A DNA stretch of 33,386 nt, from positions 1 to 33,386 of the forward strand of contig JAHFOZ010000003.1 of NCBI GenBank assembly GCA_023261405.1, given 5' to 3'. Shown here piece by piece: positions 6,930 through 16,515 of this stretch. The stretch is from Planctomycetota bacterium (GTDB lineage Bacteria; Planctomycetota; MHYJ01; JACPRB01). The first letter of the stretch is position 1. Each line of letters opens with the position of its first letter. Position numbers and translations under genes: made by a program. The notes below the pieces were generated by a model. It was not told where the DNA came from. It ran no database searches and saw only the letters and a program-made list of their open reading frames with translations.

Positions 6930-9503
6930 ATGGGGCGGCCCCTCGCGGCGATCGCCTTGGGGGCGGGGGTCGCCGTCCTCGTCTCGCTCTCGACCCTGGG
7001 CCTCCCCCTCCACGAGCGCCTCGAGCTGCTGACCCTCGACCTCCGCTTCCGCTGGCGCTCCCCGCCGCCCGCCTCCCCGAAGATCGTCCACGTGGACCTG
7101 GACGACCGGTCGATCGCCGAGCTGGGCCGCTGGCCCTGGGACCGGCACGTGCACGCGCGGTTCCTCGACATGGCGGAGATCCTGGGCGCCAAACGGGTCG
7201 TCTTCGACGTGGAGTTCTCCGAGCCGCAGCGGGCCTTCGTCCCGGCCGCGGGCGCGGAGCGGGCCGCCGCCGTGGCGGCGGAGCACGCCCGCCGGCACGG
7301 CGAATCGCTCGCGGGTCTCGCGAAGGATCTTTCGGACTCGAGGACGACCCCGGCCCAGGCCGCGGAGCTGCTCAAGGTCGTCGCCGGCGGCGAGGAGAAG
7401 CTGACGGACCAGGTGAGGTCCGTCCTGGCGGAGGAGACGCTCGATTACGACCGGGTGTTCGTCGAGGCCATCCGCCGCCGCAAGGGGACGCTGGTCGGGT
7501 ACACGGCGAAGCGGGAGGGGAAGCCGGAGAAGGGCGGCGACCTCCTCGCGGGGCGCGCCTCGTTCGGGGCGGCGGGTCCGGGGACCTCCCCCGCCCTCGA
7601 GCTCGTGGCTCCCATCCTCTCGATCCAGGAGGCCGCGTCCGGCTTCGGGGTGACCACCATCGAGCCCGACCGCGACGGCGTGACCCGTCGCGTCGCCCTC
7701 CTCTGGAACTACGGGGGGAAACTACTTCCGCAGCTGGGGTTCCGGGCCGCGCTCGACGAGCTGGGCGTCGAGCCCGGGAAGATCTCCGTCGAGCCCGGAC
7801 GGATCCGCGCCGGCGGGCGGGAGATCCCGGTGGACGCCGAGGGCCGCGCGATCCTGGACTGGCGCGCGGGACCCCCGGGGGAGCTGTGGGCGGGGATGTT
7901 TCCCCACGTCTCCTACGTCGAGGTCTACCGGTACTGGGAGGACCTGGACGCCCTGGACCGGCTCTTCGCCGGCCTCGAGGCGAAATGGCCCCGGAAGGTG
8001 CTCTTCGGACGCCGGAACGGGCTGCGCAAGGGGTTGGACGCCTCGGCCGAGTCGCTGAAGAACCTGCGCGACGAGGAGGCCGAGCTGGTCCGGCTCCTCC
8101 GGACGCAGATCGCCGACCGCGAGCGGAGCGGCCCCTCGGAGGAGGAGCGCCGCTGGCTGGGGGAGGCCCGCGAGCTCCTCGAGAAGGCGTCGAAGCGCCG
8201 CGAGCTGGCGATCCAGAGGGAGGAGATGCTGCGGAAGGAATTCCGGGAGAGGACGACGTGGTTCGTGGGGGCCTCGTACGTCGCCGCGACGGACTTCCAG
8301 TCGTGCCCCCTGGACCCGCGCGAGAAGATCCCCGGGGTGACCATCCACAGCACCGTGTTCAACATGATGGAGCAGGGGCGTTTCATTTCCCCGCTCTCCG
8401 TCCCGCTCACGGCGGCCCTCGCGCTCCTTCTGGGGGGGCTGGCGGTGGCGGCGGCGATGCGGCTGAACGCGCTCCTCGGGGCCCTCGCCGTGGCGCTGGG
8501 CGTGGCGGCCTGGGCCGCGGCGTGTCACGTCCTGTTCACGAAGGGCACGTGGCTGGGGATGGTGGGGCCCTCGGCTTCGGCGGCGCTCTCCTTCGCGGCG
8601 GTGACGGTCTTCCGGTCCTTCTACGAGGAGAAGGACAAGCGCAAGATCCGGAGGCTCTTCGAGCACTACGTGGACCCCACGCTGGTGGAGCGCCTCGTGG
8701 CCGACCCGAGCCTGGCGGGCATGGGCGGCGCGGCGCGCGAGGGCACGGTCCTCTTCGCGGACGTCGCCAACTTCACCCGCTACAGCTTCCTGGCGAAGCC
8801 GGAGGAGGCGGTGGCCTTCGTCAACGGGTACCTCTCCATGGGCACGGACGTGATCCTCGCCCAGGGCGGGTACCTCGACAAGTACATGGGCGACGGCCTG
8901 ATGGCGGTCTTCGGCGCGCCGCTGGGAGCTCCGGGGCACGCGGTCCGGGCCTGCCTCTCGGCCCTCGAGATGCAGACCCGCGCCCCCGATTGCGTGGGGG
9001 ACTTCGAGCAGAAGGTGGGCCTGCCCTTCAAGATCCGGGTCGGGCTGGCCTCGGGCCATTTCATCGTGGGGAACGTGGGCTCGCGCGACCGGGTCAGCTA
9101 CACCGCGATCGGGGACACGGTCAACCTGGCCTCGCGCCTCCAGACCGCGGGCAAGGAGCTCAACCTCCGCATGCTCTGCAACGAGGAGACGGCGCTCGTG
9201 GCCGGGGGCAAGATCGAGACGCGGGACCTGGGGCTTTTCAAGGTGAGGGGCCGCGAGGCCGGCGTGCGGGTCCACGAGATCCTGGCGCCCGAGGGCGGCG
9301 TCTCCCAGGCCCTCCGGGAGTTCCGGAAGTGGTTCGACGACGGCCTGCGGGCCCACTTTGAGCACGACTGGACGCGCGCCTTCGACGCCTTCAGCCACGC
9401 GGCCGCGCTCATGCCCGAGGACAAGGCCACGCTGCTCTACCTGAAGCTCGCCGGGGAGTTCCGGAAGCAGCCCCCGGATAAGCTCGATCCGATCCCTCTT
9501 TGA
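6930..9503 (+). CDS. CHASE2 sensor domain / class III adenylate (or guanylate) cyclase
   Basis: ATG 6930 is the first start codon after the FecR stop. The N-terminal TM helix is followed by the CHASE2 signature (LDLRFRWR...IVHVDLDDRSIAELGRWPWDRHVHARFLDMAEILGAKRVVFDVEFSEP). Three TM helices (~8390-8620) come next, then a cyclase homology domain (GTVLFADVANFT...YLDKYMGDGLMAVFGAP...IRVGLASGHFIVGNVGS..RVSYTAIGDTVNLASRLQ). The Lys in DKYMGDG suggests ATP specificity. Confidence 0.93.
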   Translation: MGRPLAAIALGAGVAVLVSLSTLGLPLHERLELLTLDLRFRWRSPPPASPKIVHVDLDDRSIAELGRWPWDRHVHARFLDMAEILGAKRVVFDVEFSEPQRAFVPAAGAERAAAVAAEHARRHGESLAGLAKDLSDSRTTPAQAAELLKVVAGGEEKLTDQVRSVLAEETLDYDRVFVEAIRRRKGTLVGYTAKREGKPEKGGDLLAGRASFGAAGPGTSPALELVAPILSIQEAASGFGVTTIEPDRDGVTRRVALLWNYGGKLLPQLGFRAALDELGVEPGKISVEPGRIRAGGREIPVDAEGRAILDWRAGPPGELWAGMFPHVSYVEVYRYWEDLDALDRLFAGLEAKWPRKVLFGRRNGLRKGLDASAESLKNLRDEEAELVRLLRTQIADRERSGPSEEERRWLGEARELLEKASKRRELAIQREEMLRKEFRERTTWFVGASYVAATDFQSCPLDPREKIPGVTIHSTVFNMMEQGRFISPLSVPLTAALALLLGGLAVAAAMRLNALLGALAVALGVAAWAAACHVLFTKGTWLGMVGPSASAALSFAAVTVFRSFYEEKDKRKIRRLFEHYVDPTLVERLVADPSLAGMGGAAREGTVLFADVANFTRYSFLAKPEEAVAFVNGYLSMGTDVILAQGGYLDKYMGDGLMAVFGAPLGAPGHAVRACLSALEMQTRAPDCVGDFEQKVGLPFKIRVGLASGHFIVGNVGSRDRVSYTAIGDTVNLASRLQTAGKELNLRMLCNEETALVAGGKIETRDLGLFKVRGREAGVRVHEILAPEGGVSQALREFRKWFDDGLRAHFEHDWTRAFDAFSHAAALMPEDKATLLYLKLAGEFRKQPPDKLDPIPL

Positions 9504-9524
9504 TCCGGGCCCCTCGCTGCGCTT

Positions 9525-11000
9525 CTACCCGAACAGCTCCGTCACCGGCTGCGCCTGCACGAGCTCGCGCGGCTGCTTGAGGTGGTTGAGCACGATCGTG
9601 TCCGGTGCGATGCCGAAGGCGTGGTAGATCGTGGCCAGCAGCTGGATCGGGTGCACCGGCTTCTCGAGCGGCGCCGAGGCCGTCTTGTCGGACTTGCCGT
9701 AGACGGCTCCGCGGCGGATGCCGGCGCCCGCGATGAGCGAGGTGTAGCAGTAGGGCCAGTGGTCGCGGCCGTCGGCGGAGTTGCCGTTCCCCGAGGTCGA
9801 GACGCCGCGCTGCGGGCTGCGGCCGAACTCGCCGATCGCCAGGACCAGCGTCTCCTCGAGCAGCCCGCGGCGGTCGAGGTCGATGAGCAGCCCCGAGAGG
9901 CCCGCATCGAGCATCGGGCCGGCCTGGTTCTTCATGCGCTTGGGCAGGTCCACGTGCATGTCCCACGAGTGGTTGTCGGAGTTGGCCACCTTGGGCCAGA
10001 CCACCTCGACCACGCGGGTGCCAGCCTCGATGAGCCGCCGCGCGAGCAGGCAGCTCTGGCCGAACGTGGTCCGGCCGTAGAGGTCGCGGATCTCGGCGGG
10101 CTCGCGGTCGATCTCGAAGGCCTCGCGCGCGCGGCCGGAGGCCACGAGGTTGAGGGCCCGATCGTAGTACTCGTCCAGCTTGTAGTCGGACACCGCCTTC
10201 TCGATCTCGGGCATGGTGGCGTTGATCTCCTCGCGCAGCCTCGCGCGGCGCTGGAGACGGAAGGCGAAGACCTCGGGGCGCAGCTTGAGGTCGTCCACCT
10301 TGAGGCTGTCCAGCTTCGACATGTTCATGTCGTCGCCGTCGGGGAAGAGCGTGTAGGGGTCGTACCCCTTGCCGAGGAACCCGGCGGTCCCGCCCTTGCC
10401 CACGACGTTCGACTCCTGGAGCGGGCGCGGGAGCATGACGAAGGGGAGCATCGGCATGTCGGGCGGCCTGAGGCGGACGATGTTCGAGCCGTAGTTCGGG
10501 AAGTCCTTCGGATCCGGCGGCTCGAGCTGGCCGGAGGGGCTCACCTTGTCGGTGGTGTAGCCCGTCATCATCTGGTAGATGGCCGCGGTGTGGTTGAAGA
10601 GGCCGTTCGGGGTGTAGCTCACCGAGCGGATCATCGTGCACTTGTCGTTCACCTGGGCGAGCTTGGGGAGGACCTCGGTGAACTGGCAGCCGTCCACCTT
10701 CGTGGGGATGGGCTTGAAGACGCTCTTCACGTTGTCGGGCACGTTCTCCTTGGGGTCCCAGAGGTCGAGGTGGCTGGGGCCGCCCTGGAGATAGCACATG
10801 ATGACGTGCTTGGCCTTGCCCCATCCGGGGCCGCCGCCCTTCTTCTCTTCCTGCGCCCTGGCCTGGAGCTGGAACATCGAGCCCAGGGAGAGGCCCAGGA
10901 CCCCCGAGCCGCCCGCCCGGAGCATGTCGCGCCGCGTCATGCCGTAGCCGGCGCCGCAACAGGGATCGCTCTCGTGGCCGCGCGAAGGGACGACGATCAT
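9525..11000 (-). CDS. DUF1501 domain protein (sulfatase/alkaline-phosphatase-like fold), Tat signal
   Basis: ATG at 11000 is preceded by AGGAG, 20 nt after the stop of the upstream PSD1 gene. It has a twin-arginine motif ([12 protein letters not shown]). DUF1501 hallmarks: [15 protein letters not shown] ... GEFGRSP ... GRDHWP. Confidence 0.93.
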   Translation of the reverse strand: MIVVPSRGHESDPCCGAGYGMTRRDMLRAGGSGVLGLSLGSMFQLQARAQEEKKGGGPGWGKAKHVIMCYLQGGPSHLDLWDPKENVPDNVKSVFKPIPTKVDGCQFTEVLPKLAQVNDKCTMIRSVSYTPNGLFNHTAAIYQMMTGYTTDKVSPSGQLEPPDPKDFPNYGSNIVRLRPPDMPMLPFVMLPRPLQESNVVGKGGTAGFLGKGYDPYTLFPDGDDMNMSKLDSLKVDDLKLRPEVFAFRLQRRARLREEINATMPEIEKAVSDYKLDEYYDRALNLVASGRAREAFEIDREPAEIRDLYGRTTFGQSCLLARRLIEAGTRVVEVVWPKVANSDNHSWDMHVDLPKRMKNQAGPMLDAGLSGLLIDLDRRGLLEETLVLAIGEFGRSPQRGVSTSGNGNSADGRDHWPYCYTSLIAGAGIRRGAVYGKSDKTASAPLEKPVHPIQLLATIYHAFGIAPDTIVLNHLKQPRELVQAQPVTELFG

Positions 11001-11020
11001 GGTCGGTCTCCTAAAGCTCT

Positions 11021-14000
11021 CTACCTATTGAACAGGAAAGCCGGGCTGTTGATCAAGGCCCATGCGAGATCCTGGGCCATCGTGAGCCGGGTATTCAGAG
11101 CCTGCTTTGCGCTCGCCTCCGCGTCCAGGCGGATCTGGACCAGCCGGGCGTCGATCGGCACCGGCCGGGTCACCCGCTCCACCGCGGCCTTGTGTTCCGT
11201 GAGCTTCGGGTCGACGGGCAGGGGAGCCTTGGCCGCGGCCACCGCGTCGGCGCGCTTCCGGTACTCGGGGTCAACCGCGCGCTGGTAGCGGAGGAGGGCG
11301 GTCTTCTGCTTGTCGCTGCGCTGCGCGGCGGGCGTGGCGACCGCGGCGCGGTACTCGTCGGCGAGCGTGAGGCCCACGGGCCTCGGCATCGTGGACACCG
11401 AGAGCCGGAACCGGCCGAGCGCGTACTCCGGCGAGCTGAAGTTGAAGTGGAAGACGAAGGTGAGGATCGTGCCGCCCTTCGCCCCCAGCGGCTCCTTGGG
11501 CTCGAACGTCGCCCAGTGCGTCGTCCCTGTCGCGGGCGAGACGGCCCAGCCCTTGCTCCCCGAAGTGGCGTTCCCGTCCACGGCCGAGGCGACCTCGAAG
11601 TTCACCTGGCTGAAGCTGGCGAGCGCCTTCTCCAGGGTCACCTTCGCGGCCTCCTGCGGCTTGGCCTTGGACGCCGCGCGGAGCTCGAGCTCGGTGAGGA
11701 CGAAGTTTCCGTCGGCGGCCCGGCCCGGGCCACGCGCGGGGAACTTCTCGTCGCCGATCGCCTCCAGGCGCACGGCCGTGATCCCCTCGAGCTGCGTCTC
11801 CGCGGTGAACGTGTACGTGCCCTTGGCGTTCTTGTCGAGCGCCGTCACCGAGAGGTCCGGCTCCACCGCCAGCTTCGCGCCGGTCGTGGCCGCGAGCGTG
11901 ACGGGCGCCAGCGGCACCCAGTCGGCGGAGACCGACTGCTTCTTCTCCCATTCGGTCACGCGGGTGCCGAGGGCCTCGTCGAAGGCTTTGAGGTCGGCCT
12001 CGGCCTTGGCGATCTTCTCCTGCTGGGCCTTCTTCTCGGCCTCCACCTGGGGTGCGATCTCCTTCTCGTAGGCGGCGAGCTCGGCCTGGGTCCGGGCCAT
12101 CGACTCCTCGCGCCGTTTCTCGAGGACGGGCTTCTCGCCGGTCCACCATGCCTCGCGGTCCTTCAGGATCTCGGCGAGCTTCGCGTTGTCCTCGGCGACG
12201 CCCGGGAGCATCTTGAGGGCGGCCTTCAGCTCCTGGGGCTTGGCGGGGCGGTTCAGGATGCGCATGAACATCTCGTCCACGAGCTTCGCGTCGTCCTTCT
12301 CGGTCTCCGCGAGCTTCGTGATCGCGTTGCCCGGATCGCCGATCGCGTCGGCGAGGGTGGGCCCGCTCACGAGGGCCATGACGGCGCCGAGGCGCAGGTC
12401 GCTGTTGCGCTCGCACTCGCAGGCGCTCTCGCGGACGGGCCGGCCGAAGGTGGCGAGGAAGCCGCCGGGGAGGTCGACTCCGGAATCGGGGATGGCCGCC
12501 GCGCGCGTGCCGGCCGCCACGCCGGGGATCTTCGAGGTGGAGCCCGTGACGCGCTGCACGGCGTCGTAGAGCACCTCTGCCGGGAGCCGCCGCGCGGCGG
12601 CATGGGAGCAGTTCACCTTGTCGTCCGCGTTCCACGGGTTGACCGCCACGGAGAGCTGGTAGGTCCGCGAGGTGCAGATGAGGCGGAGCATATGCCGCGG
12701 GTTGAAGCCGCTCTTCAGGAACTCGGCGGTGAGGTGCTCGAGGAGCTGCGGGTTCGAGGCCGGGTTGCCCGCGCGGATGTCGTCGATGGGCTCGATGATC
12801 CCGGTGCCGAAGAGGTAGCCCCAGAGGCGGTTGACGTAGCTCCTGGCGAAGTACGCGTTGTCGGCGGAGGAGATCCAGGCGGCCAGCTCCTGGCGGCGCG
12901 TGGCGTCCTTGGGGGCCTCGTACTTGCAGTCGAAGGGGAACTTGGGGGGCGCGGGCTGGTTGGTGCGCAGGTGGTTGATCTCGCCGTCCTTCTTGTCGGC
13001 GACGATCTCGTACATGGGCTTGGCGCCCTCGACGGCGGTGCCGCCGATCGTGCCGGCCGCGGCGGGGTCCTTCTGGAGGTCCACCCGGGCGAAGAAGGCG
13101 GAGGTCTCGTAGTACTGGTTCTGGGTCCACCGCTCGAACGGGTGGTCGTGGCACTTGGTGCAGTTGAAGCGGATGCCGAGGAAGAGGTGGGTGGTGTTCT
13201 CGGCGATGGACGCCGGGTCGCGGAGGATCTTGTAGTACGCGGCCGGCGGGTTCTCGCGGTTGGAGCCCGAGGCCGTGATGACCTTGCGGGCGAACTCGTC
13301 GTAGGGGGTGTTCTTCTCCACTTCCGTGCGGATCCATTTCCGGAAGGCCGCGGCGCCCTCGGTGCCCAGGAACTTCCGGTTCACCTGGAGGAGGTCGGCC
13401 CACTTGTTGGTCCAGTGTTCGATGAAGCCCTCGGAGCCGATGAGCTTGTCCACGACCTCGTCGCGCTTCACGCGGGTCTCGCGGGCGTCGGCGAGGAAGG
13501 CGCGGGTCTCGTCCGCCGTGGGGGGGAGGCCCGTGAGGTCGAGATGCACGCGCCGGAGGAACTCGGCGTCGGTGGCGAGGTCGGAGGGGCGGATCTTCAT
13601 CCGCTCCCACTTCGCGGCGGTGAGCTCGTCGATGCGGTTCCAGGCGGGCGGGGCCTCCCAGGCGAAGCCGGTCCGGTCGCCCATCACCGTGATGGGGGTG
13701 GCGGAGTAGGCACCTTCGAATCGGGCGAGCACGGCGGCCTCGCCGCGGCGCACGGCGGTCACGACGCCCATGCGGTCGGTGGTGGCGATCTCCGTGTTCG
13801 AGCTTTCGATGTAGGCGTCCCGGGTGACGTCGCGGATGCGGCCGTCGGCATAGGCGGCGAACACCCGGAGCTGCTGGCGGCCGGCGATGCGCTGGAGGAC
13901 GGGGCTCGAAGGCGCGATCTCGATCTTCGTCACGCGGGGGGCGGCGGGGTCCAGGCGCGCGCCCTGGGCGATCCAGGTCTTCACGATCTCGTAGTAGGCC

Positions 14001-16105
14001 TCGCCGGGGACGAGGACCTGGCCGCCCTCGTGGGGCACCTCGGCCGTGGTCTTGAGGAGCATCACGCTGTCCTGGGGCGAGGCCACGTTGACGCGCCGGG
14101 AGGAAAGCTCGTCCGTGAGGGCCCGGATGTCGGCCACGCTGTCATAGCCGCGGAGGGAGAGCTTGAAGCCGTTCTTCCCCTGGGCGGAGCCGTGGCAGGT
14201 GCCGGCGTTGCAGCCCACGCGGCTGAGCACGGGATTGACGTCGCGGATGAAGTCCGAGCGGAACTCCTCCTTGAGCCCGGAGACGGTCACGGGGACGGAG
14301 ACCGACTTGCCGGCGAAGGAGAGCTCGAGCGCGGCCTGCCCGTCCGATTTCGGCTGGACGAGGCCGGTCTTCGAGACGGCCGCCACGGCGGCGGAGAGCT
14401 TCGGGGCGACCATGCGGGTCATGTCCACCGCCTCGCCGGTCTCGAGGCGGCCCGTCACCACGAGCTGGACGTAGTCGAAGCGGTTCGAGAGGGCGATCTT
14501 GTCCGGCGCGACCTCGAGCGACGCGAGCTTGCCGCCCGCGGGGAGGACTTCCTCCTTCACCTCGGGCGAGGGGCGGTGCACGGGGGCGGTGCCGGTGGCG
14601 GCGGCGCGGGCGTCCACGGGCGCGGCGGGGAATTCCTTCGAGAGCTTGCCGGTCTCGGTCTCGTAGAGCCGGATGATCCCGTCGGAGCCTGCGGCAGCGA
14701 AGGCGGCGCCGTCGGGGCGGAAGGCGGCGGCGTAGACGATGCCGGTCTCGACCTTGACCTGGGCGACGACCTTGACGCCCTCGGTCTTGTAGTCGTCGAT
14801 CAGCTTCCGCTCGGCGGGGCTGCGGCTGTCGGCGACCTTGCCCATGGCGCCCTTGACCTTCTCGGGGAGGGCGGTGTCGAACTCGTAGGAGTAGACGGCG
14901 ATCTCGCTCCGTCCGTCGAGCCCGCCGGCGGCGAGGAGGCGCTTGCCGTCGGCGCTCACGGCCACGGCGTTGACGCGCCCGGGAATGGCGGGGAACTCGC
15001 GGATGATGTTCGAGTCGTCGCCGATGACGCGGCCGACGATGCGGTGCATGCGGTAGACCCGGGGGTGGCCGTCGTCGCCGCCGATGACGATCTCGTCGCG
15101 CTTGGGATGGCGGGCCACGGCGCCGATGCCGCCCTTGAGGGCGCCTGGGGTGATCGAGGAGATGTTGTCCACGAAGCGCTGGGTGGCGACCTCGATGAGC
15201 TTGACGGTGCGGTCGCGGCTGACCGAGGCGAGGTGGGAGCCGTCGACGGAGAAAACGGTGCCGAGCGCCCAGTCGTTGTGGGCGCCCTGGAAAAGGACCT
15301 GCTCGCCGGTCTTGGCGTCGATGGCGCGCACGGTGTTGTCGCCGCAGCCGAAACCGATCTTCGACCCGTCCGGCGACCAGCTGGCGCCGTAGACGGTCTC
15401 GTAGGTCACGGGGACGGAGAGGGTGAGCGTCTTCTTCTCGAGGTCCCAGACCTGGATCTCGCCGGAGCGGCCGGGGAGGCCGCCGGAGACGGCGAGCCGC
15501 TTGCCGTCGGGCGAGAAGCGGACGGACTGGATGCGCTCTGAGAGGCCGACCAGGCGGGCGACGCGCTCGGAGCCGTCGGCCTTGTAGAGGAGGGCCTCGT
15601 GGAAGCCGGCCACGGCGAGGAGCTGGCCGTCGGGCGAGAAGTCGAGCGAGGTGACGACGGGGGCGCGCGAGTAGACGGGGGGATGCTCCATGTCGAACTT
15701 GGCGCGGGCGCCGGCGGGGGTGTCGTCCAAGGCGCCCTCGGAGATCCACTTCGTGATGAGGGCGACGTCCTCCTTGTCGAGGGGCTTCTTCCCCTTGGGC
15801 ATCTCGATCTCGCCCTTGTCGTTGGTCGTGATCTGGGCGAGCAGGCTGCTCTTCCCGGGCTGGCCGGGGACGACGGCCTTGCCGAGGGTCTCGCCGCCCG
15901 CGAGGAGCTTGTCGAAGCTCGTCATGATGAAGCCGCCCTTGGCCTTGGCGGGCTGATGGCAGCCGAAGCACTGGGCTTGAAGGATGGGCCGGATCTTCTT
16001 ATCGTAGCTCACCTTGCCCGGGTCGGGCTTCTTCGCCTCCTGCGTCGCGGCGAGAAGCGCGAGCGCGGCGGTTGCGCCCAAGGCAAGCCGGAAGGATCGC
16101 ATCAT
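11021..16105 (-). CDS. PSCyt1 (CxxCH) - WD40 beta-propeller - Ig-like - DUF1549/PSCyt2 - DUF1553/PSD1 giant periplasmic protein with C-terminal coiled coil and beta-sandwich module
   Basis: The longest ORF starts at GTG 16114. ATG 16105/16102 with upstream GGGGTGGG gives the signal peptide [20 protein letters not shown]. Motifs: [14 protein letters not shown] (PSCyt1), repeated WD40-like SPDG..LA..G blocks, [37 protein letters not shown] + [12 protein letters not shown] (DUF1549), and [14 protein letters not shown] (DUF1553). Confidence 0.92.
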   Translation of the reverse strand: MMRSFRLALGATAALALLAATQEAKKPDPGKVSYDKKIRPILQAQCFGCHQPAKAKGGFIMTSFDKLLAGGETLGKAVVPGQPGKSSLLAQITTNDKGEIEMPKGKKPLDKEDVALITKWISEGALDDTPAGARAKFDMEHPPVYSRAPVVTSLDFSPDGQLLAVAGFHEALLYKADGSERVARLVGLSERIQSVRFSPDGKRLAVSGGLPGRSGEIQVWDLEKKTLTLSVPVTYETVYGASWSPDGSKIGFGCGDNTVRAIDAKTGEQVLFQGAHNDWALGTVFSVDGSHLASVSRDRTVKLIEVATQRFVDNISSITPGALKGGIGAVARHPKRDEIVIGGDDGHPRVYRMHRIVGRVIGDDSNIIREFPAIPGRVNAVAVSADGKRLLAAGGLDGRSEIAVYSYEFDTALPEKVKGAMGKVADSRSPAERKLIDDYKTEGVKVVAQVKVETGIVYAAAFRPDGAAFAAAGSDGIIRLYETETGKLSKEFPAAPVDARAAATGTAPVHRPSPEVKEEVLPAGGKLASLEVAPDKIALSNRFDYVQLVVTGRLETGEAVDMTRMVAPKLSAAVAAVSKTGLVQPKSDGQAALELSFAGKSVSVPVTVSGLKEEFRSDFIRDVNPVLSRVGCNAGTCHGSAQGKNGFKLSLRGYDSVADIRALTDELSSRRVNVASPQDSVMLLKTTAEVPHEGGQVLVPGEAYYEIVKTWIAQGARLDPAAPRVTKIEIAPSSPVLQRIAGRQQLRVFAAYADGRIRDVTRDAYIESSNTEIATTDRMGVVTAVRRGEAAVLARFEGAYSATPITVMGDRTGFAWEAPPAWNRIDELTAAKWERMKIRPSDLATDAEFLRRVHLDLTGLPPTADETRAFLADARETRVKRDEVVDKLIGSEGFIEHWTNKWADLLQVNRKFLGTEGAAAFRKWIRTEVEKNTPYDEFARKVITASGSNRENPPAAYYKILRDPASIAENTTHLFLGIRFNCTKCHDHPFERWTQNQYYETSAFFARVDLQKDPAAAGTIGGTAVEGAKPMYEIVADKKDGEINHLRTNQPAPPKFPFDCKYEAPKDATRRQELAAWISSADNAYFARSYVNRLWGYLFGTGIIEPIDDIRAGNPASNPQLLEHLTAEFLKSGFNPRHMLRLICTSRTYQLSVAVNPWNADDKVNCSHAAARRLPAEVLYDAVQRVTGSTSKIPGVAAGTRAAAIPDSGVDLPGGFLATFGRPVRESACECERNSDLRLGAVMALVSGPTLADAIGDPGNAITKLAETEKDDAKLVDEMFMRILNRPAKPQELKAALKMLPGVAEDNAKLAEILKDREAWWTGEKPVLEKRREESMARTQAELAAYEKEIAPQVEAEKKAQQEKIAKAEADLKAFDEALGTRVTEWEKKQSVSADWVPLAPVTLAATTGAKLAVEPDLSVTALDKNAKGTYTFTAETQLEGITAVRLEAIGDEKFPARGPGRAADGNFVLTELELRAASKAKPQEAAKVTLEKALASFSQVNFEVASAVDGNATSGSKGWAVSPATGTTHWATFEPKEPLGAKGGTILTFVFHFNFSSPEYALGRFRLSVSTMPRPVGLTLADEYRAAVATPAAQRSDKQKTALLRYQRAVDPEYRKRADAVAAAKAPLPVDPKLTEHKAAVERVTRPVPIDARLVQIRLDAEASAKQALNTRLTMAQDLAWALINSPAFLFNR

Positions 16106-16153
16106 GGTGCCCACCCCGAAAAGAGTGAAGATACCGGCTGTTTACCTGCCGGG

Positions 16154-16169
16154 GGGCGGGGGGGTAGGG
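16154..16169 (+). other. Canonical G-quadruplex motif GGG-C-GGG-G-GGG-TA-GGG in the divergent intergenic region
   Basis: Sequence GGGCGGGGGGGTAGGG is read directly at 16154-16169 (the full G-run starts at 16151). It lies ~50 nt upstream of the minus-strand start codon, on that gene's template strand. More G-tracts are present at 16185-16209. Confidence 0.4.
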
Positions 16170-16328
16170 AAATTCGGAACTGCCGGGGGGCCGGGGGAGG
16201 CAGGTAGGGTCTTTCGGCGGATTCCCACAGCTCGGGGTGTTCTGCTGCCGGCATCCCGGTTGAATACGAAATCACGAACACCCCGCGAACTCAAGGTCGT
16301 GAGGTAGCTTGCACGGGCGCCGGATCTG

Positions 16329-16355
16329 CACCCGTGAAGCTTCGCCACCCGTGAA
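16329..16355 (+). repeat. Direct repeat CACCCGTGAA x2 (17-bp periodicity) upstream of an AT-rich -10-like element
   Basis: CACCCGTGAA occurs at 16329-16338 and 16346-16355. The second copy is part of a small hairpin CCCGT-GAA-ACGGG. TGTAATATAGGTAAGTA at 16373-16389 is the only AT-rich patch in the 400-bp divergent region. Confidence 0.5.
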
Positions 16356-16515
16356 ACGGGGCACCCTCTTCCTGTAATATAGGTAAGTAGGCTCCGGGGC
16401 GGGGTATCCTCCGGCCGGCCTGGGTACTGAGCCGCAGAAGTTCGGGGCCAGTTGTGCCTCCTGCGGCCAACGGGTCACGAACTTGCGAGTCGAAGTACTG
16501 CGAAAGGAACTTCAC

